Source: an uncultured Desulfosarcina sp.
GTDB lineage: Bacteria > Desulfobacterota > Desulfobacteria > Desulfobacterales > Desulfosarcinaceae
Assembly (NCBI GenBank): GCA_963674945.2
Contig: CAXXWQ010000003.1
Location: 384,001 to 448,000, forward strand
Length of the DNA stretch: 64,000 nucleotides
Direction of reading: 5' to 3'
Each line of letters starts with the position of its first letter. Position 1 is the first letter of the stretch. The position numbers and the translations under genes are program-made. The notes beneath the pieces are model-generated. The model was not told the DNA's origin. It saw only the letters and a program-made list of their open reading frames with translations, and searched no databases. Below, piece by piece: positions 1-10,158 of this stretch.

Positions 1-7
1 TGACCTA

Positions 8-754
8 TTGAGCCCTGAATTACACAGGCAATGCCTCGATGGAGACATGCGAGATAGATTTGGACGTAGTGGTGGGTCCGCCATCGTTCTTGGTCGAGCT
101 CGCTATGCGGAAGATAAACTGGAAAAAGCAGTGCGATCGGGTACGAATCAATATGTCATACTAGGTGCCGGCGGGGACTCTTTCGCATTGAGGCGTCCGG
201 ATCTGATGGAGAAAATCCGTGCATATGAGATCGACCAACCGGGAACCCAAGAATGGAAGCGGGAATGTCTGATGGAGCACGGCCATGCGTTGCCGACATC
301 TTTGGAGTTCATTCCCGCCGACCTTGAACATGAAACGGTCCTTGAGGTTCTGGATCGGTCCTCTTTCAGAAAAGACCAACGCGTATTTTTCTCATGGCTT
401 GGTACGTTAATGTATCTCACCCCAGAGGCGATCTTCGGCACCCTGCGAACTCTTGCTGAAGCGCTTGCCTCGGGCAGTGAAATTGTTTTTGATTATCGTG
501 TACAGACTGAATTTATCGACCCTGATGATGTTGACATTGTCCTAAAAGGTGACGAGGCAACAGCAGCGATGGGGGAGCCCAAAAAATCATTTTTCAATCC
601 CCATACATTTCCAGATGAAATTAAAGCAACGGGCTTCGAAATGGTTGAGAACCTTTCCCCGAAGCAGCTAACCCGGCGGTACCTTAAAAATAGAAAAGAC
701 TTGGTGAAGCCGACAACGCATCAATGGTATGCTCATATACGTCTTTGCAGCTGA
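8..754 (+). CDS. Class I SAM-dependent methyltransferase (LCM family); probably 5'-partial at the window edge
   Basis: Motifs RARYAED, QYVILGAGGDS, YEIDQP, FFSWLG, EIVFDY; the frame is open to the window start. Confidence 0.85.
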   Translation: MSPELHRQCLDGDMRDRFGRSGGSAIVLGRARYAEDKLEKAVRSGTNQYVILGAGGDSFALRRPDLMEKIRAYEIDQPGTQEWKRECLMEHGHALPTSLEFIPADLEHETVLEVLDRSSFRKDQRVFFSWLGTLMYLTPEAIFGTLRTLAEALASGSEIVFDYRVQTEFIDPDDVDIVLKGDEATAAMGEPKKSFFNPHTFPDEIKATGFEMVENLSPKQLTRRYLKNRKDLVKPTTHQWYAHIRLCS

Positions 755-806
755 TTGAATTTTCTGATTCCTCTATCTAATTCAGACCAGGGTGTCTGAA
801 TTGCCC

Positions 807-960
807 TCAGCGGGTGAAGAACTCACCACCACCAACGCCGAATATCTGTCCGGTGATAAAACGCGACGCATCACTGACAAGGAATACCACCACCGGCGCC
901 AAGTCGGCCTCCGATTCTCCGAAACCTCCGCCGAGCGGGATGAATGAGGCAGATTCAGGA
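807..960 (-). pseudogene. C-terminal fragment of a short-chain dehydrogenase/reductase
   Basis: Minus-strand translation [39 protein letters not shown] is a typical SDR C-terminus; no N-terminal part present. Confidence 0.7.
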
Positions 961-1389
961 AGGACCTTCGGGGTCAGGTCTCCACATTACACATTTTGAC
1001 CATTTTTCAATTCTCTCTACCTGCTTTCTCAGATGGCGATCTGTCTTTACCTCATTCAGGAACCAGGAGTAGGATTGGGGAACGGCGGAATCACCGATTC
1101 CGAATCGATCACCAATTGCTGCAAGGATGGCGGTTGTATACTTACGGCACAAAAAAATCTGAACTTTTCTGGAAAGGCTGGGTTTTTCTTCAAGCACCGA
1201 TTCAACGGTTTGGCAGATGCCTGGTAATGTTGCTTGGCGGGTCAACTGTTTCAGCGCCGGATTATTTCGGCCTGACTTCTGGTGGGAAATATATTCATCC
1301 TTATTGAAATCGATAAACGCCTGACTTCCAAGAAGGAAGGAACCAAAGATGTCTTTCATATCAATTCGAACAAAAACGTTTTTTATCAC
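955..1389 (-). pseudogene. Remnant of an IS200-like/REP-associated tyrosine transposase (C-terminal HTH part)
   Basis: FLLGSQAFI and IGDRFGIGDSAV segments; ends at a GGGGTCAGGTCT motif; catalytic HUH region absent. Confidence 0.55.
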
Positions 1390-1664
1390 AACACAAGCTC
1401 GGCAAACACGAATGAAAACAACAGAATCTTAACAAGAATTACCCTCCTGTGAGTGGGGCGATTTTGTTCAGTTAACTTGAAAGCGATTCCAGAATTGCGT
1501 TTTTATGACAGCAAAATTGGACACCTTCTGAACCATCAAACCCGGACAGGGGGAAGACTTAAAAAGGCAGAGCCCCGTTAGCGGCCCTGACGAACACCGC
1601 CAATTCGTTGGAATAACTATATTTCTCTATTTTTTCGAAGCTCTGCCATTCATCCGGTAAAACA

Positions 1665-2198
1665 TCATGCCACGGAAAATCTTACGTTGTATGGGATGGT
1701 ATGAATTGCCTGATCTGCAAGTTGCCGAGTTATTTTGTACTTCGACAAGTTCATGCTGATTTTGAAAAGCCACTTGTAATAAAAATAGGGCATCACGTTT
1801 ACGGTTCTAAGTTCTTCCAACTTCCTGTCAGCCCAGTAATATGCTCGCGTAAAGTTCCAGCAATATGCAAAATATCTGATAGGCGTAACGATGACCTTCG
1901 TAAGGCGTTTCATAATCCACCTCCCGGTGCGATAGACGCTACCCTGCCACATCGATCCCTGGATCACATCCCAAGTGCTCGTCTTTGTTTTCGCATTCAA
2001 AGTTTCTATGTCGGGTATCAACGTGTCCTTCATTATCATCTTTCCCGTAATCTTCTCTTCTATTTTCGGCCATGATATCACCTCTCTGACTTTATGCTTG
2101 GTTGTTGATTTTTCTCTTGTCTGGTCAAAAGAGACGGCATCAACGAAATTGGACAATGTGAGCCGGTTGGTTGTTGAATGGTAGGGAAATACTGCCAA
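1665..2198 (-). CDS. Hypothetical protein (true start likely internal)
   Basis: 177-aa ORF with no recognisable motif. Confidence 0.3.
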   Translation of the reverse strand: MAVFPYHSTTNRLTLSNFVDAVSFDQTREKSTTKHKVREVISWPKIEEKITGKMIMKDTLIPDIETLNAKTKTSTWDVIQGSMWQGSVYRTGRWIMKRLTKVIVTPIRYFAYCWNFTRAYYWADRKLEELRTVNVMPYFYYKWLFKISMNLSKYKITRQLADQAIHTIPYNVRFSVA

Positions 2199-2531
2199 TC
2201 AATAGTAGTGGGCTTGTAGTGCGGGGTATAATGATTTTAAAATCAGGGCTGATGCAAATGATCTATTCATCTTCTGGCGGCGGTGAAAAAATGACGAACG
2301 CTGCTGAACTTGATCAGACCGCGTATGATATTTTGGCCGGCATTCCCCCGATGTTGGGTTCTTTATTTGTCGGCGTTCAGAAAAACCTGCATGTAAAAGT
2401 GTTCCCCCACCGTTATCGTTTTTTCCGGTACCAACGGAATTTATTGTATCAGCTCTTCCGGTGAGTATCTGTTTTCCATTGGGAGGTATTACAAGGAACG
2501 CTTCGAGTGATGTGTGAAATGAAAAGAGATA

Positions 2532-3212
2532 CTATTTCCCCAACCACCTCAATATCCCCCGAAGTAAGGCGGCACTATGGCTGATCTGTTTATAAGCCTC
2601 CTCCCTGGACAGCAACCGGCCTTCCTTTTCCAACTGGTATCCCAGCTTCGCTGACAGATTGGCGATCCTGGCGACTTCCTTTACCAGATCTTCCTCGGAT
2701 CGGATCTCAATGGGATAGATTTCAATCTTAGACCAATTTACCAGGACTTCATTCTCAATAATACCATCCGTTACAGTGTGATTTTTCTGATTGTAGGCAT
2801 TGTAAAGGGTATTGTGAAGAGGCTGGGACAGGTCACCGACGTAGTGAACACAGAATGCCAGATTGTATTCAGCGTATTTTCCTGTTTTCGTGGTAGTCCG
2901 GTATTCTCTGATGGACTGAATGATGGCCCCGCAAAGGTGGCCTTTCTCGTCATCGGGATTGTTGTAGAGATCGGCCTGATTCAGTACCATTTCCGGTGTC
3001 ACCATTGTACCAGGTGGGTTGTTCACGTAGTGGTTCTTATTTTCAACGTCACCGGCTTTGGTTTTGGTGATATCGGCTCCGGCGGCATTATACCATTTCT
3101 CATAGCCGGCAGCCTTGGCGATAGCGAGATGGGTTTCGTCGTTCCAGGCCCAGCCTGATGCGGAGAACACCCAAAGTGTTAGGAACATCAACCATACTAT
3201 AACTCGTTTCAT
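2532..3212 (-). CDS. S1/P1 nuclease family protein with signal peptide
   Basis: Signal peptide MKRVIVWLMFLTLWVFSASGWA, then WNDETH, HYVN, HYVGDLSQPLH zinc ligands. Confidence 0.85.
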   Translation of the reverse strand: MKRVIVWLMFLTLWVFSASGWAWNDETHLAIAKAAGYEKWYNAAGADITKTKAGDVENKNHYVNNPPGTMVTPEMVLNQADLYNNPDDEKGHLCGAIIQSIREYRTTTKTGKYAEYNLAFCVHYVGDLSQPLHNTLYNAYNQKNHTVTDGIIENEVLVNWSKIEIYPIEIRSEEDLVKEVARIANLSAKLGYQLEKEGRLLSREEAYKQISHSAALLRGILRWLGK

Positions 3213-3427
3213 CTTCAGTGCACCGATTGATTGAAAGTTACGCCACACCAAACACACGATTCCAGTTTGAAGGACGGTAATGTATGAACAGGTCTTTATG
3301 CAACGAGACATATCCTCGACCAGGCATCTTGTCAATGATAACCAACCCCTTGACACTAAATGAAATTTTTGCCACTTTGGATCAGTCCCACCTGTCATTT
3401 CCAGCCCAACATTTATGGAGTGACCAT

Positions 3428-3508
3428 ATGGCACTGACGAAAAACGACATCGTTGATCGGATCTATGAAGAGATTGGCTATCCCAAAAACCAAGCCCAGT
3501 TTCCGTGA
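3428..3508 (+). pseudogene. Truncated integration host factor alpha-like gene
   Basis: MALTKNDIVDRIYEEIGYPKNQAQFP* matches the N-terminus of the intact copy at 4060. Confidence 0.7.
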
Positions 3509-3580
3509 TGCTTTCAGAAAACGCCGAAGCCTGGGCCTTGCGGATGGATTCTATGAACGGAATGGAGATAGGTGATCCCA

Positions 3581-3940
3581 ATGAAATGTGAAAAGTGTAA
3601 AGCGATTATCCCCACAAACGACGAACGTGAATTTCATGGCAAAATGATCTGCGAAGACTGCTATATGGTCGCTCTTTCGCCTGCCAAAGCCTGTGATCCA
3701 TGGGCGGTATATTCCGCAAAGTCATTCTCAGATAAAACTGACGCTGAAACGAAGATTACCGAGACGCAGTCGAAAATATTACAGATCTTGAAAGAAACTG
3801 GTGGCATTGAGCCCGATGAGCTATCAGAGAGCCTTCAAATCGGACCGTCAGATCTCGAAAGAGAGGTTGCCACACTCCGTCATATGGAAAAACTCAGGGC
3901 TGAATTGCGAGATGGGAAAAAATTCCTTTGTCTGTGGTGA
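3581..3940 (+). CDS. Zinc-finger plus winged-helix protein
   Basis: CEKC...CEDC, CDPWAV, and a C-terminal HTH-like segment. Confidence 0.7.
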   Translation: MKCEKCKAIIPTNDEREFHGKMICEDCYMVALSPAKACDPWAVYSAKSFSDKTDAETKITETQSKILQILKETGGIEPDELSESLQIGPSDLEREVATLRHMEKLRAELRDGKKFLCLW

Positions 3941-4059
3941 AACTGAAAGGCAAGCCAGGATTTCTTCATTGCCATTTGAACAAAGGCAAACCGCGCTATA
4001 TTTCGGTCTGGAACCATTCACTCCTTTCAACTCCAGTAAACATTTACGGGGCACTCTTT

Positions 4060-4344
4060 ATGGCACTGACGAAAAATGATATCGTCGAAAAGATCCAGAA
4101 CCAGCTTGGCTTTCTAAAGTTTCAGTCCAAAGAGATCACAGAGATCTTACTGAAAATCATAAAGTCGGCGATGGAATCCGGTGACGATGTCCTGGTATCA
4201 GGCTTTGGAAAATTTTGCGTAAGGAAAAAGGCGGAGCGGAGAGGTCGGAATCCTGCTACCGGAGAAGATGCCATATTGCCCGCTCGACGAGTGGTCACAT
4301 TCAAGTGTTCGGGAAAGTTACGGGAAAAAGTGAACGGGGAATAA
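4060..4344 (+). CDS. ihfA: Integration host factor alpha-like subunit
   Basis: MALTKNDIV, VSGFGKF, GRNPATG, RRVVTFK motifs. Confidence 0.9.
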   Translation: MALTKNDIVEKIQNQLGFLKFQSKEITEILLKIIKSAMESGDDVLVSGFGKFCVRKKAERRGRNPATGEDAILPARRVVTFKCSGKLREKVNGE

Positions 4345-4379
4345 CTGTCGAACATGGGTTCAGGAAAATGATGGATTAA

Positions 4380-4533
4380 ACGATCCTGTTCAGGAAATGA
4401 TAAATATCAGCAATAATCCATCAATCCTTTGTATAAAAAGCTTTACAATGCGTAATCGTATCTCCACCGGATACGGCCGGGTCATAGAACGTCTCTTAGC
4501 TCCGGCCTTACTTTTTTCTTTTTAGTTCTCATG
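4380..4533 (-). pseudogene. Probable N-terminal remnant of an IS transposase
   Basis: MRTKKKKSKAGAKRRSMTRPYPVEIRLRIVKLF resembles a transposase N-terminal HTH start. Confidence 0.35.
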
Positions 4534-4831
4534 GGTCACTCCTCTCGATGTAATTTATTTTTACACTCGGGAGTGTTAGCTATTTTCTTAGATTCTCAGC
4601 GCCATAAACTGGCAATTAGGACAACATAGTCGTGGATTATTTTGGATAGAATTGGAAAACTGGAAGCAAGCACTATCTGATTTGAATAGGGCTCTCAATC
4701 TCGTTGGTGGAGATGAAAAAGAAATTCCAGATATAGAATTCCACATCTATGAGGCAAAAAATAATTTTCCGGGGCAACGATGTAATTACGGTGGGATGAC
4801 GATTACAGATAGACAACAATTCTGACCCTTA

Positions 4832-4933
4832 TCATATAGCATTCATATCAATGGACCATGGTGCATTTCCTTTGAGTGGGAAGATGGTGAGGCAGTGAGG
4901 ATTAATCTCGAACAATATCTTGAGGTAAAATAA
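4832..4933 (+). pseudogene. higB: 3' fragment of a HigB (RelE-like) toxin
   Basis: YSIHINGPWCISFEWEDGEAVRINLEQY directly upstream of higA; 5' part missing. Confidence 0.75.
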
Positions 4934-4936
4934 AAT

Positions 4937-5281
4937 ATGGTTGAATATATGGTCAGACGTCCTTTAAAAAGGTCTCCGGTACATCCTGGCGAAATTTTAC
5001 GTGAAGATGTTTTAAAGAGTCTCGATTTGACGGTAAGCGAGGCAGCAAGACGACTCGGTGTCTCTCGTCAGCAACTTCACCGCATATTGGCCTGTACACA
5101 TCCAATTTCAACAGAAATGGCGCTTAGACTTGGAAAATTTGCCGGTAATGGGCCTGGGTTATGGCTACGTATGCAACAGGCTGTAAATTTGCACACAAAC
5201 TCAGAATTTTTTGCAGATAAACTCAGAAATTTTCAGCCATGTAAAAGCCAGTACGCAAAACACCTGCTCGAATCAAATTGA
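4937..5281 (+). pseudogene. higA: HigA antitoxin interrupted at ~5181 by the prophage end; ORF runs on into phage DNA
   Basis: PVHPGEILREDVL...EMALRLGK...LWLRMQQA, after which homology stops exactly at TGTAAATTTGCA. Confidence 0.85.
5182..5232 (+). repeat. Prophage end (Mu R-end equivalent): TG plus two tandem ~22-bp transposase-binding sites
   Basis: TGTAAA TTTGCACACAAACTCAGAATTT TTTGCAGATAAACTCAGAAATTT. Confidence 0.85.
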
Positions 5282-5297
5282 AGGATTCGACAGGTGT
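5260..5297 (-). terminator. Hairpin downstream of the methylase gene
   Basis: ACACCTG-C-TCGAATC...GATTCGA-CAGGTGT inverted repeat, followed by Ts on the minus strand. Confidence 0.45.
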
Positions 5298-5328
5298 AAA
5301 TTATTAGAATTTTGGGGTTAAATGCCTC

Positions 5329-6087
5329 CTAAAAATTTGTAATCAAAAGCTCATTTCCAACCGTCTGTTTGCCCTTCGAAACTGTGTATTTCAGCGCAAC
5401 AGGTTTAATTTCGAAAGCTTTAAATACCTCCCTGATATCAGAATGATCATTGATGCTTAATATGAATTTGCCACTGATTTTTGAAAGAATCTCTGCAAGT
5501 TTTTCGAAGTCTGCAAACCCAAAGTTATAGGCATAATATGGACATTTATAATAAGGAGGGTCGCAGTAAAAAAAGGTTTCTTCCCTGTCAAACCTCGGGA
5601 TAAATTCATCCCAAGGAAGGTTCTCAATCGTAGCATGAGCAAGCCGCAAATGAACTTCAGAAAGCGTTTCCTCCATGCGTAACAAGTTAATCATTGGCCG
5701 TCTCATCGGGCCTGAGCCATAGACCCTACTTTTTACCTTTCCTCCAAAACATAGCCGCTGCAGATAGTAATATCTGGCCGCGCGCTGGATATCCGTAAGC
5801 CCTCCGGCATCCTGTTGCCGATTCCAGTCCTCGAACCACTCCCTGGATGCCAAAAGCCACTTGAACTGCTTTAAAAATTCCTCCAGATGGTTCTGCAGCA
5901 CCCTGTAGAATGCGACCAGATCGCCATCCAGGTCATTGATCACCTCGTATTTGGATTGCTCCTTCCTGAAAAACACCCACGCGGCGCCGGCGAACACCTC
6001 ACAATAGCTTCTGTGTTCCGGGATCATTTCGATGATTGTCTTTGATAATTTCGATTTTCCGCCGATATAGGCCAATGGACTGTTCAC
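5329..6087 (-). CDS. dam: DNA adenine methyltransferase (Dam/D12 class) in the mom position
   Basis: YIGGKS, EVFAGAA, INDLD, DPPY motifs; GGAGG RBS before GTG at 6087. Confidence 0.9.
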   Translation of the reverse strand: MNSPLAYIGGKSKLSKTIIEMIPEHRSYCEVFAGAAWVFFRKEQSKYEVINDLDGDLVAFYRVLQNHLEEFLKQFKWLLASREWFEDWNRQQDAGGLTDIQRAARYYYLQRLCFGGKVKSRVYGSGPMRRPMINLLRMEETLSEVHLRLAHATIENLPWDEFIPRFDREETFFYCDPPYYKCPYYAYNFGFADFEKLAEILSKISGKFILSINDHSDIREVFKAFEIKPVALKYTVSKGKQTVGNELLITNF

Positions 6088-6209
6088 GAAAACCTCCAAG
6101 CACGTTTCTTTGGCCACAAGGGCCGTCTGAGTTCAGATGTCTGGTTGTCCGCATACAGCCATTCGCCCCGGGGATGTTGGCGCATCCACCAGGGCGGCCC
6201 TTTTCGTAT

Positions 6210-9200
6210 TTATGGTGTTGCGTTGGTAACCGTCTTGAATCCGGTCACGATCATATCGTCCCCGTCCGTAGCATCGACGATTGTCCCCTTGGCGGAATAA
6301 TTGATTTGTACCGTCTGGCCGCTGGTGGCCGCCGTGGTAGCGGTGAATGTCCTCGTCGCTCCGGAACCGCTGGGAGAGGACAGATTGATCGGCGTATCGA
6401 TATCCCAGTCGTAATAGAGGAAGAGATCTCCGGTGCTATACGACGATGTGTCGACCGATTGAGACCACGTGACCGATACGCTCGATCCATTGATGGAAAC
6501 CGCAGTGATGTATGGCCAGTCAACACCGAAAGAGGCATTGTTCGTTGCTGCCCATCCCTCAACGATCCCGCTGGTGACAGTGTTGTCATGGGCATGGTAA
6601 TTGACATTATCGACATAGATGCGATCCGAAACGGTATTGCCGTAAAACTCGATTTTATGCATCAACGTCACACCGTAGGAATCGGAACAATGCCCCGGAT
6701 TATACACAAACGCGTTTAGGTCGTTCCCAGTTGAGTTATTATAAAACAGCCCATTCATCGGGACGCCAAAGGAGCAATTTCCGGTTACGGAATAATCAGA
6801 GGGGTATCCGCTGAAAGCCGACTGCATCGTCATCCCACCATAGCCAACAACCGGGGCGGAGTTCCCCTCGAACATCACCCGATAGGCTGCTCCAAACACC
6901 AGCGGGCAGGAATTCCAGGTATGGGTAATCGTGTTAAACCCAAAATACGTGTTGATCGCAGGCGCACAGATGACCACTTGATCCCCGACAGAAGCGGAAG
7001 AGACATTTTCGCTGAAAGTAAAATCATCATGTACGTGCGTTAGGATCTTATACGTTTCGCCGATCAAAGCACCGTCAAGGAACACCATATAATACCCGGA
7101 AAAATCCCTCGACGTACTATCCCAATTTGCATGGGCCAACTCGATGGTGTTTGTACCAACTGCGGAAATCACATCCCGGTCAAATGTGGTAACGTCCGGG
7201 GTGCTGCTATAAACCGCATCATAGGAGGCACCCTCTTCTCTTGGATACGTGATTGTATTACAGGCAATGATATTATTTTCGAGCACGGAGCCGTTGCCGG
7301 TAATCCCGCCGCCACCAACAGTGGCCCCAGCCTTGAGAATAATACCAACAAAACCGCCATCGATCGTATTTCTCACAATCCGGTTGTTCTTTCCGGCCCG
7401 GATCTCGATATTATGACCAACCCCCTCGCTATTGTCCGAATCGATATTGTTGTAGTAAATGATCGCATTGTTCGCGTATGGCAGATAGATGCTGCCAAGC
7501 GTCGATCGATGTAATTCGCACCGGCGCACCTCTATCCCGTCCACCGGTACGGCGTTGGTGCTCTGGATCGCCCTGGTGTAGTTGGGCGCCCATCGAAAGT
7601 CCTGTATGCGGATATGGTCGTTCCCGCCGATATTGAGAAGCGTTGCGCCCATGTAGGCGGAAGATGAGCAGGTCGACACAACCGGCTCGCACGTTCCGCC
7701 AGACCACCCGTCCAGCGTGACCGGGTTTCCGCTCGTGCCGTAAATGTTCACATCGAGGCTGTCCTCGGTGATCGTGCCGGAAAAGAAAAACACATCTCCG
7801 CCGTAATCGCCTGTCAGGGCCTCGAACTGGGAAATGGAATAAGGAGAACTTTCCGACCCGTCGCCGCTCGCCCCATCGGCCACGTAATAGGTGTTCGCAG
7901 CAGCTTCTACGCCCACCGAGACGGTCCATCCCAAAGTGGTTGTAAGGGCGGTGTAGGCTGCATCCGATGAGGACGTCCGATTCGCGTTGCCGGTCAGGTT
8001 GATGTTGCCGCCGGTGGCGCCATGGGCCGCGAGGTCGATCAGGATATTGTCCACCTCCGTGGCATCCAATCCGAGATTGTCGAACGTGAGGATTGCCCCG
8101 TTTCCGGTGTTGAACGGCCACGAACCGCCGGTATAGTCGTCAATACCGCAGCCGGAGAGAAAGATGCTGGTTGCCAGAGACGCCGGCAAATCCGCGATGT
8201 CCCCGGCTATGGCTGTCCCTTCCAGGTTGAGCACGCCGGTCGGAGATATGGTGATATCGTCAGCGGCCCCTGTGACGCTGGTGTCTTTCAGGTTTACAAA
8301 AGAAATAAGGCCGCTCGGTAAACCCGTCACACTGCCGCCGATGTTGGTTGAATTGATCGCCAGGCCCCCGGTAAGGTTGCGCGGCAGGTCGGCCAGAGTT
8401 GAGCCACCTGTGAACGTCACACCAACCAATCCTAAAAAATCCGTAAGACCGGATGGGAGATCCACGGCATCAAGAGACAGTCCGGCCTCGTTATTTGCTG
8501 CCAGGTAGGTGACGGAGTTCCAGTCGCCCGTAATGGTGCCATTAAACGTCGTCGCCGACGCATAGGTGTGCTCGTAAAGGGTTTCGGTCACAGGCCCTGT
8601 CACGGTCGTGCTGGTCGAATCCCCCCAATCGATCTGGATCTCTCTTCCGGAGGGCAATGAAACAGTGAAACCGAGCGTAAGATCAACGGCCCCATCCTGG
8701 GCAAACGTCATTTCCTGCGAAGGCTCTCCGATTGTCCAGCCCAGAATATTGGACAGGTTTTCGAAGGCAGAATCGGAGGCGGTTGTCCTGGTCGCGTTGC
8801 CGGTCAGATCGAGAGTTCCATTCGTGATCGTGCCGGCATTCGCATAGGTGTTCAAATCAATGAGAAGATTGTCCACTTCCGTTGCATCCAGACCGAGATC
8901 GGCAAATGAAATCGTCCTGCCCGATGCCGTCTGCATCGGCCACGTTCCGGATGTATACGTGTCGACGGCCGTATTGCTGATATCGACGTCTCCGGTAATC
9001 GTGGATGGAAAGCCCGCGATGTCACCGCCAATGGCGGTGTTCGATGCGTAAAAATTGCCGGAAAGCCCGCTCCACAGATCGCCGATAGCACCGTTTACCT
9101 GCGTTCCCGTTATATCAAGGTCATAAACGACATGCGGAAGGGCCGCCAGCGCTCCGGTCGCGGCGGTGCTCCTGAGATAAAGGCTGGTGATGTTCTGGGA

Positions 9201-10103
9201 AAGAGACGTCGCGTCTCCATAGGCCAGCGTATTGTCGAGGTTGAGAATGCTGCTGAGGCCGGCGGGCAATTCGGAAAGGTTGATTGTCAGGCCGGTTTCG
9301 TTGGCCGCATGAAAATAGGTGACATCGTCCAGATCGTACCGGATCATGCCGTTGTGGGTGTTGCCGGCAGGATAGGTGTGCGCGTAATTCTGTGCCGTGA
9401 CCGGGCCGTTGACGGTCGTGATGTCCCCGTCCCCCCAGACGATCTCCACGGTGCTGTCGGACGGCAAAGAGAGGGTAAAATCAAGATTTGCATCCCCGGT
9501 CTGCGAAAACGGCATGTAATCGTAATTGATCTCCGGGATGCGGTACGTGACCATCAGCGTATAGCTGTCGGTTTCGGGAACGGGGGTATTGTCCACGTCG
9601 AAGCAAAGCCCCTCGCCGGTGGCAAGCGTGTTATCGCCCGTGACCGTGTAGATCCTCGTCTGCTCCGATCCCGAACTCGCCGCGACCACGGAATGGTTCA
9701 TCGGGGTCCCGCCCCTGTCTTCCAGAGAGATCTCGGCGGTGGTCGTGCAGGTACCGGAACAGTGAACCCCGAAGGACTCGATGGTCATCGGCAGGTTGGC
9801 GATGAAAAACTCGTAATTGTCGTCTGCTGCGGCCAGTTTGTCTTTGCGGTATGTATATGTGGATATGGTGACCTGGTTCGCCAGCGCATTCTTATTGGCG
9901 GCGATATCAGCCGCATGCCGGGAAAGGGTATCGGCGTTGTTTGATATTTCGCCGGCGTTGGCGTCTATTTGATCTTGCACATTTTCTCTGACACCGCTCA
10001 GGCGATCAATCTCTTCACCCGTCGCTTTGCCTGGAAATTGTCCGGCAAGGGCTGCACTGACAGGCAGCAGAAGCAAAGCGATATAAAGAATCCATCTTTT
10101 CAT
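6210..10103 (-). CDS. Large secreted-type adhesin/tail-fibre-like protein: signal peptide, 2x (PKD-like + LRR-like) repeat, parallel beta-helix
   Basis: MKRWILYIALLLLPVSAALA; two ~265-aa repeats (WGD...YxHTY...NATRT/NANRT...LGWT); TYYVA...GDGSESSP and Asn/Ile ladders. Confidence 0.65.
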   Translation of the reverse strand: MKRWILYIALLLLPVSAALAGQFPGKATGEEIDRLSGVRENVQDQIDANAGEISNNADTLSRHAADIAANKNALANQVTISTYTYRKDKLAAADDNYEFFIANLPMTIESFGVHCSGTCTTTAEISLEDRGGTPMNHSVVAASSGSEQTRIYTVTGDNTLATGEGLCFDVDNTPVPETDSYTLMVTYRIPEINYDYMPFSQTGDANLDFTLSLPSDSTVEIVWGDGDITTVNGPVTAQNYAHTYPAGNTHNGMIRYDLDDVTYFHAANETGLTINLSELPAGLSSILNLDNTLAYGDATSLSQNITSLYLRSTAATGALAALPHVVYDLDITGTQVNGAIGDLWSGLSGNFYASNTAIGGDIAGFPSTITGDVDISNTAVDTYTSGTWPMQTASGRTISFADLGLDATEVDNLLIDLNTYANAGTITNGTLDLTGNATRTTASDSAFENLSNILGWTIGEPSQEMTFAQDGAVDLTLGFTVSLPSGREIQIDWGDSTSTTVTGPVTETLYEHTYASATTFNGTITGDWNSVTYLAANNEAGLSLDAVDLPSGLTDFLGLVGVTFTGGSTLADLPRNLTGGLAINSTNIGGSVTGLPSGLISFVNLKDTSVTGAADDITISPTGVLNLEGTAIAGDIADLPASLATSIFLSGCGIDDYTGGSWPFNTGNGAILTFDNLGLDATEVDNILIDLAAHGATGGNINLTGNANRTSSSDAAYTALTTTLGWTVSVGVEAAANTYYVADGASGDGSESSPYSISQFEALTGDYGGDVFFFSGTITEDSLDVNIYGTSGNPVTLDGWSGGTCEPVVSTCSSSAYMGATLLNIGGNDHIRIQDFRWAPNYTRAIQSTNAVPVDGIEVRRCELHRSTLGSIYLPYANNAIIYYNNIDSDNSEGVGHNIEIRAGKNNRIVRNTIDGGFVGIILKAGATVGGGGITGNGSVLENNIIACNTITYPREEGASYDAVYSSTPDVTTFDRDVISAVGTNTIELAHANWDSTSRDFSGYYMVFLDGALIGETYKILTHVHDDFTFSENVSSASVGDQVVICAPAINTYFGFNTITHTWNSCPLVFGAAYRVMFEGNSAPVVGYGGMTMQSAFSGYPSDYSVTGNCSFGVPMNGLFYNNSTGNDLNAFVYNPGHCSDSYGVTLMHKIEFYGNTVSDRIYVDNVNYHAHDNTVTSGIVEGWAATNNASFGVDWPYITAVSINGSSVSVTWSQSVDTSSYSTGDLFLYYDWDIDTPINLSSPSGSGATRTFTATTAATSGQTVQINYSAKGTIVDATDGDDMIVTGFKTVTNATP

Positions 10104-10158
10104 TGCAGGCCTTTCGATTGGCAATCAATATCAGGTAAGGGGTACGCGATTTCAATCA

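Noticed and set aside
3213..3581. N-terminal extension of the 349-aa ORF at 2532-3581
   Set aside because: The signal peptide begins at 3212, and the extension overlaps the IHF fragment on the other strand.
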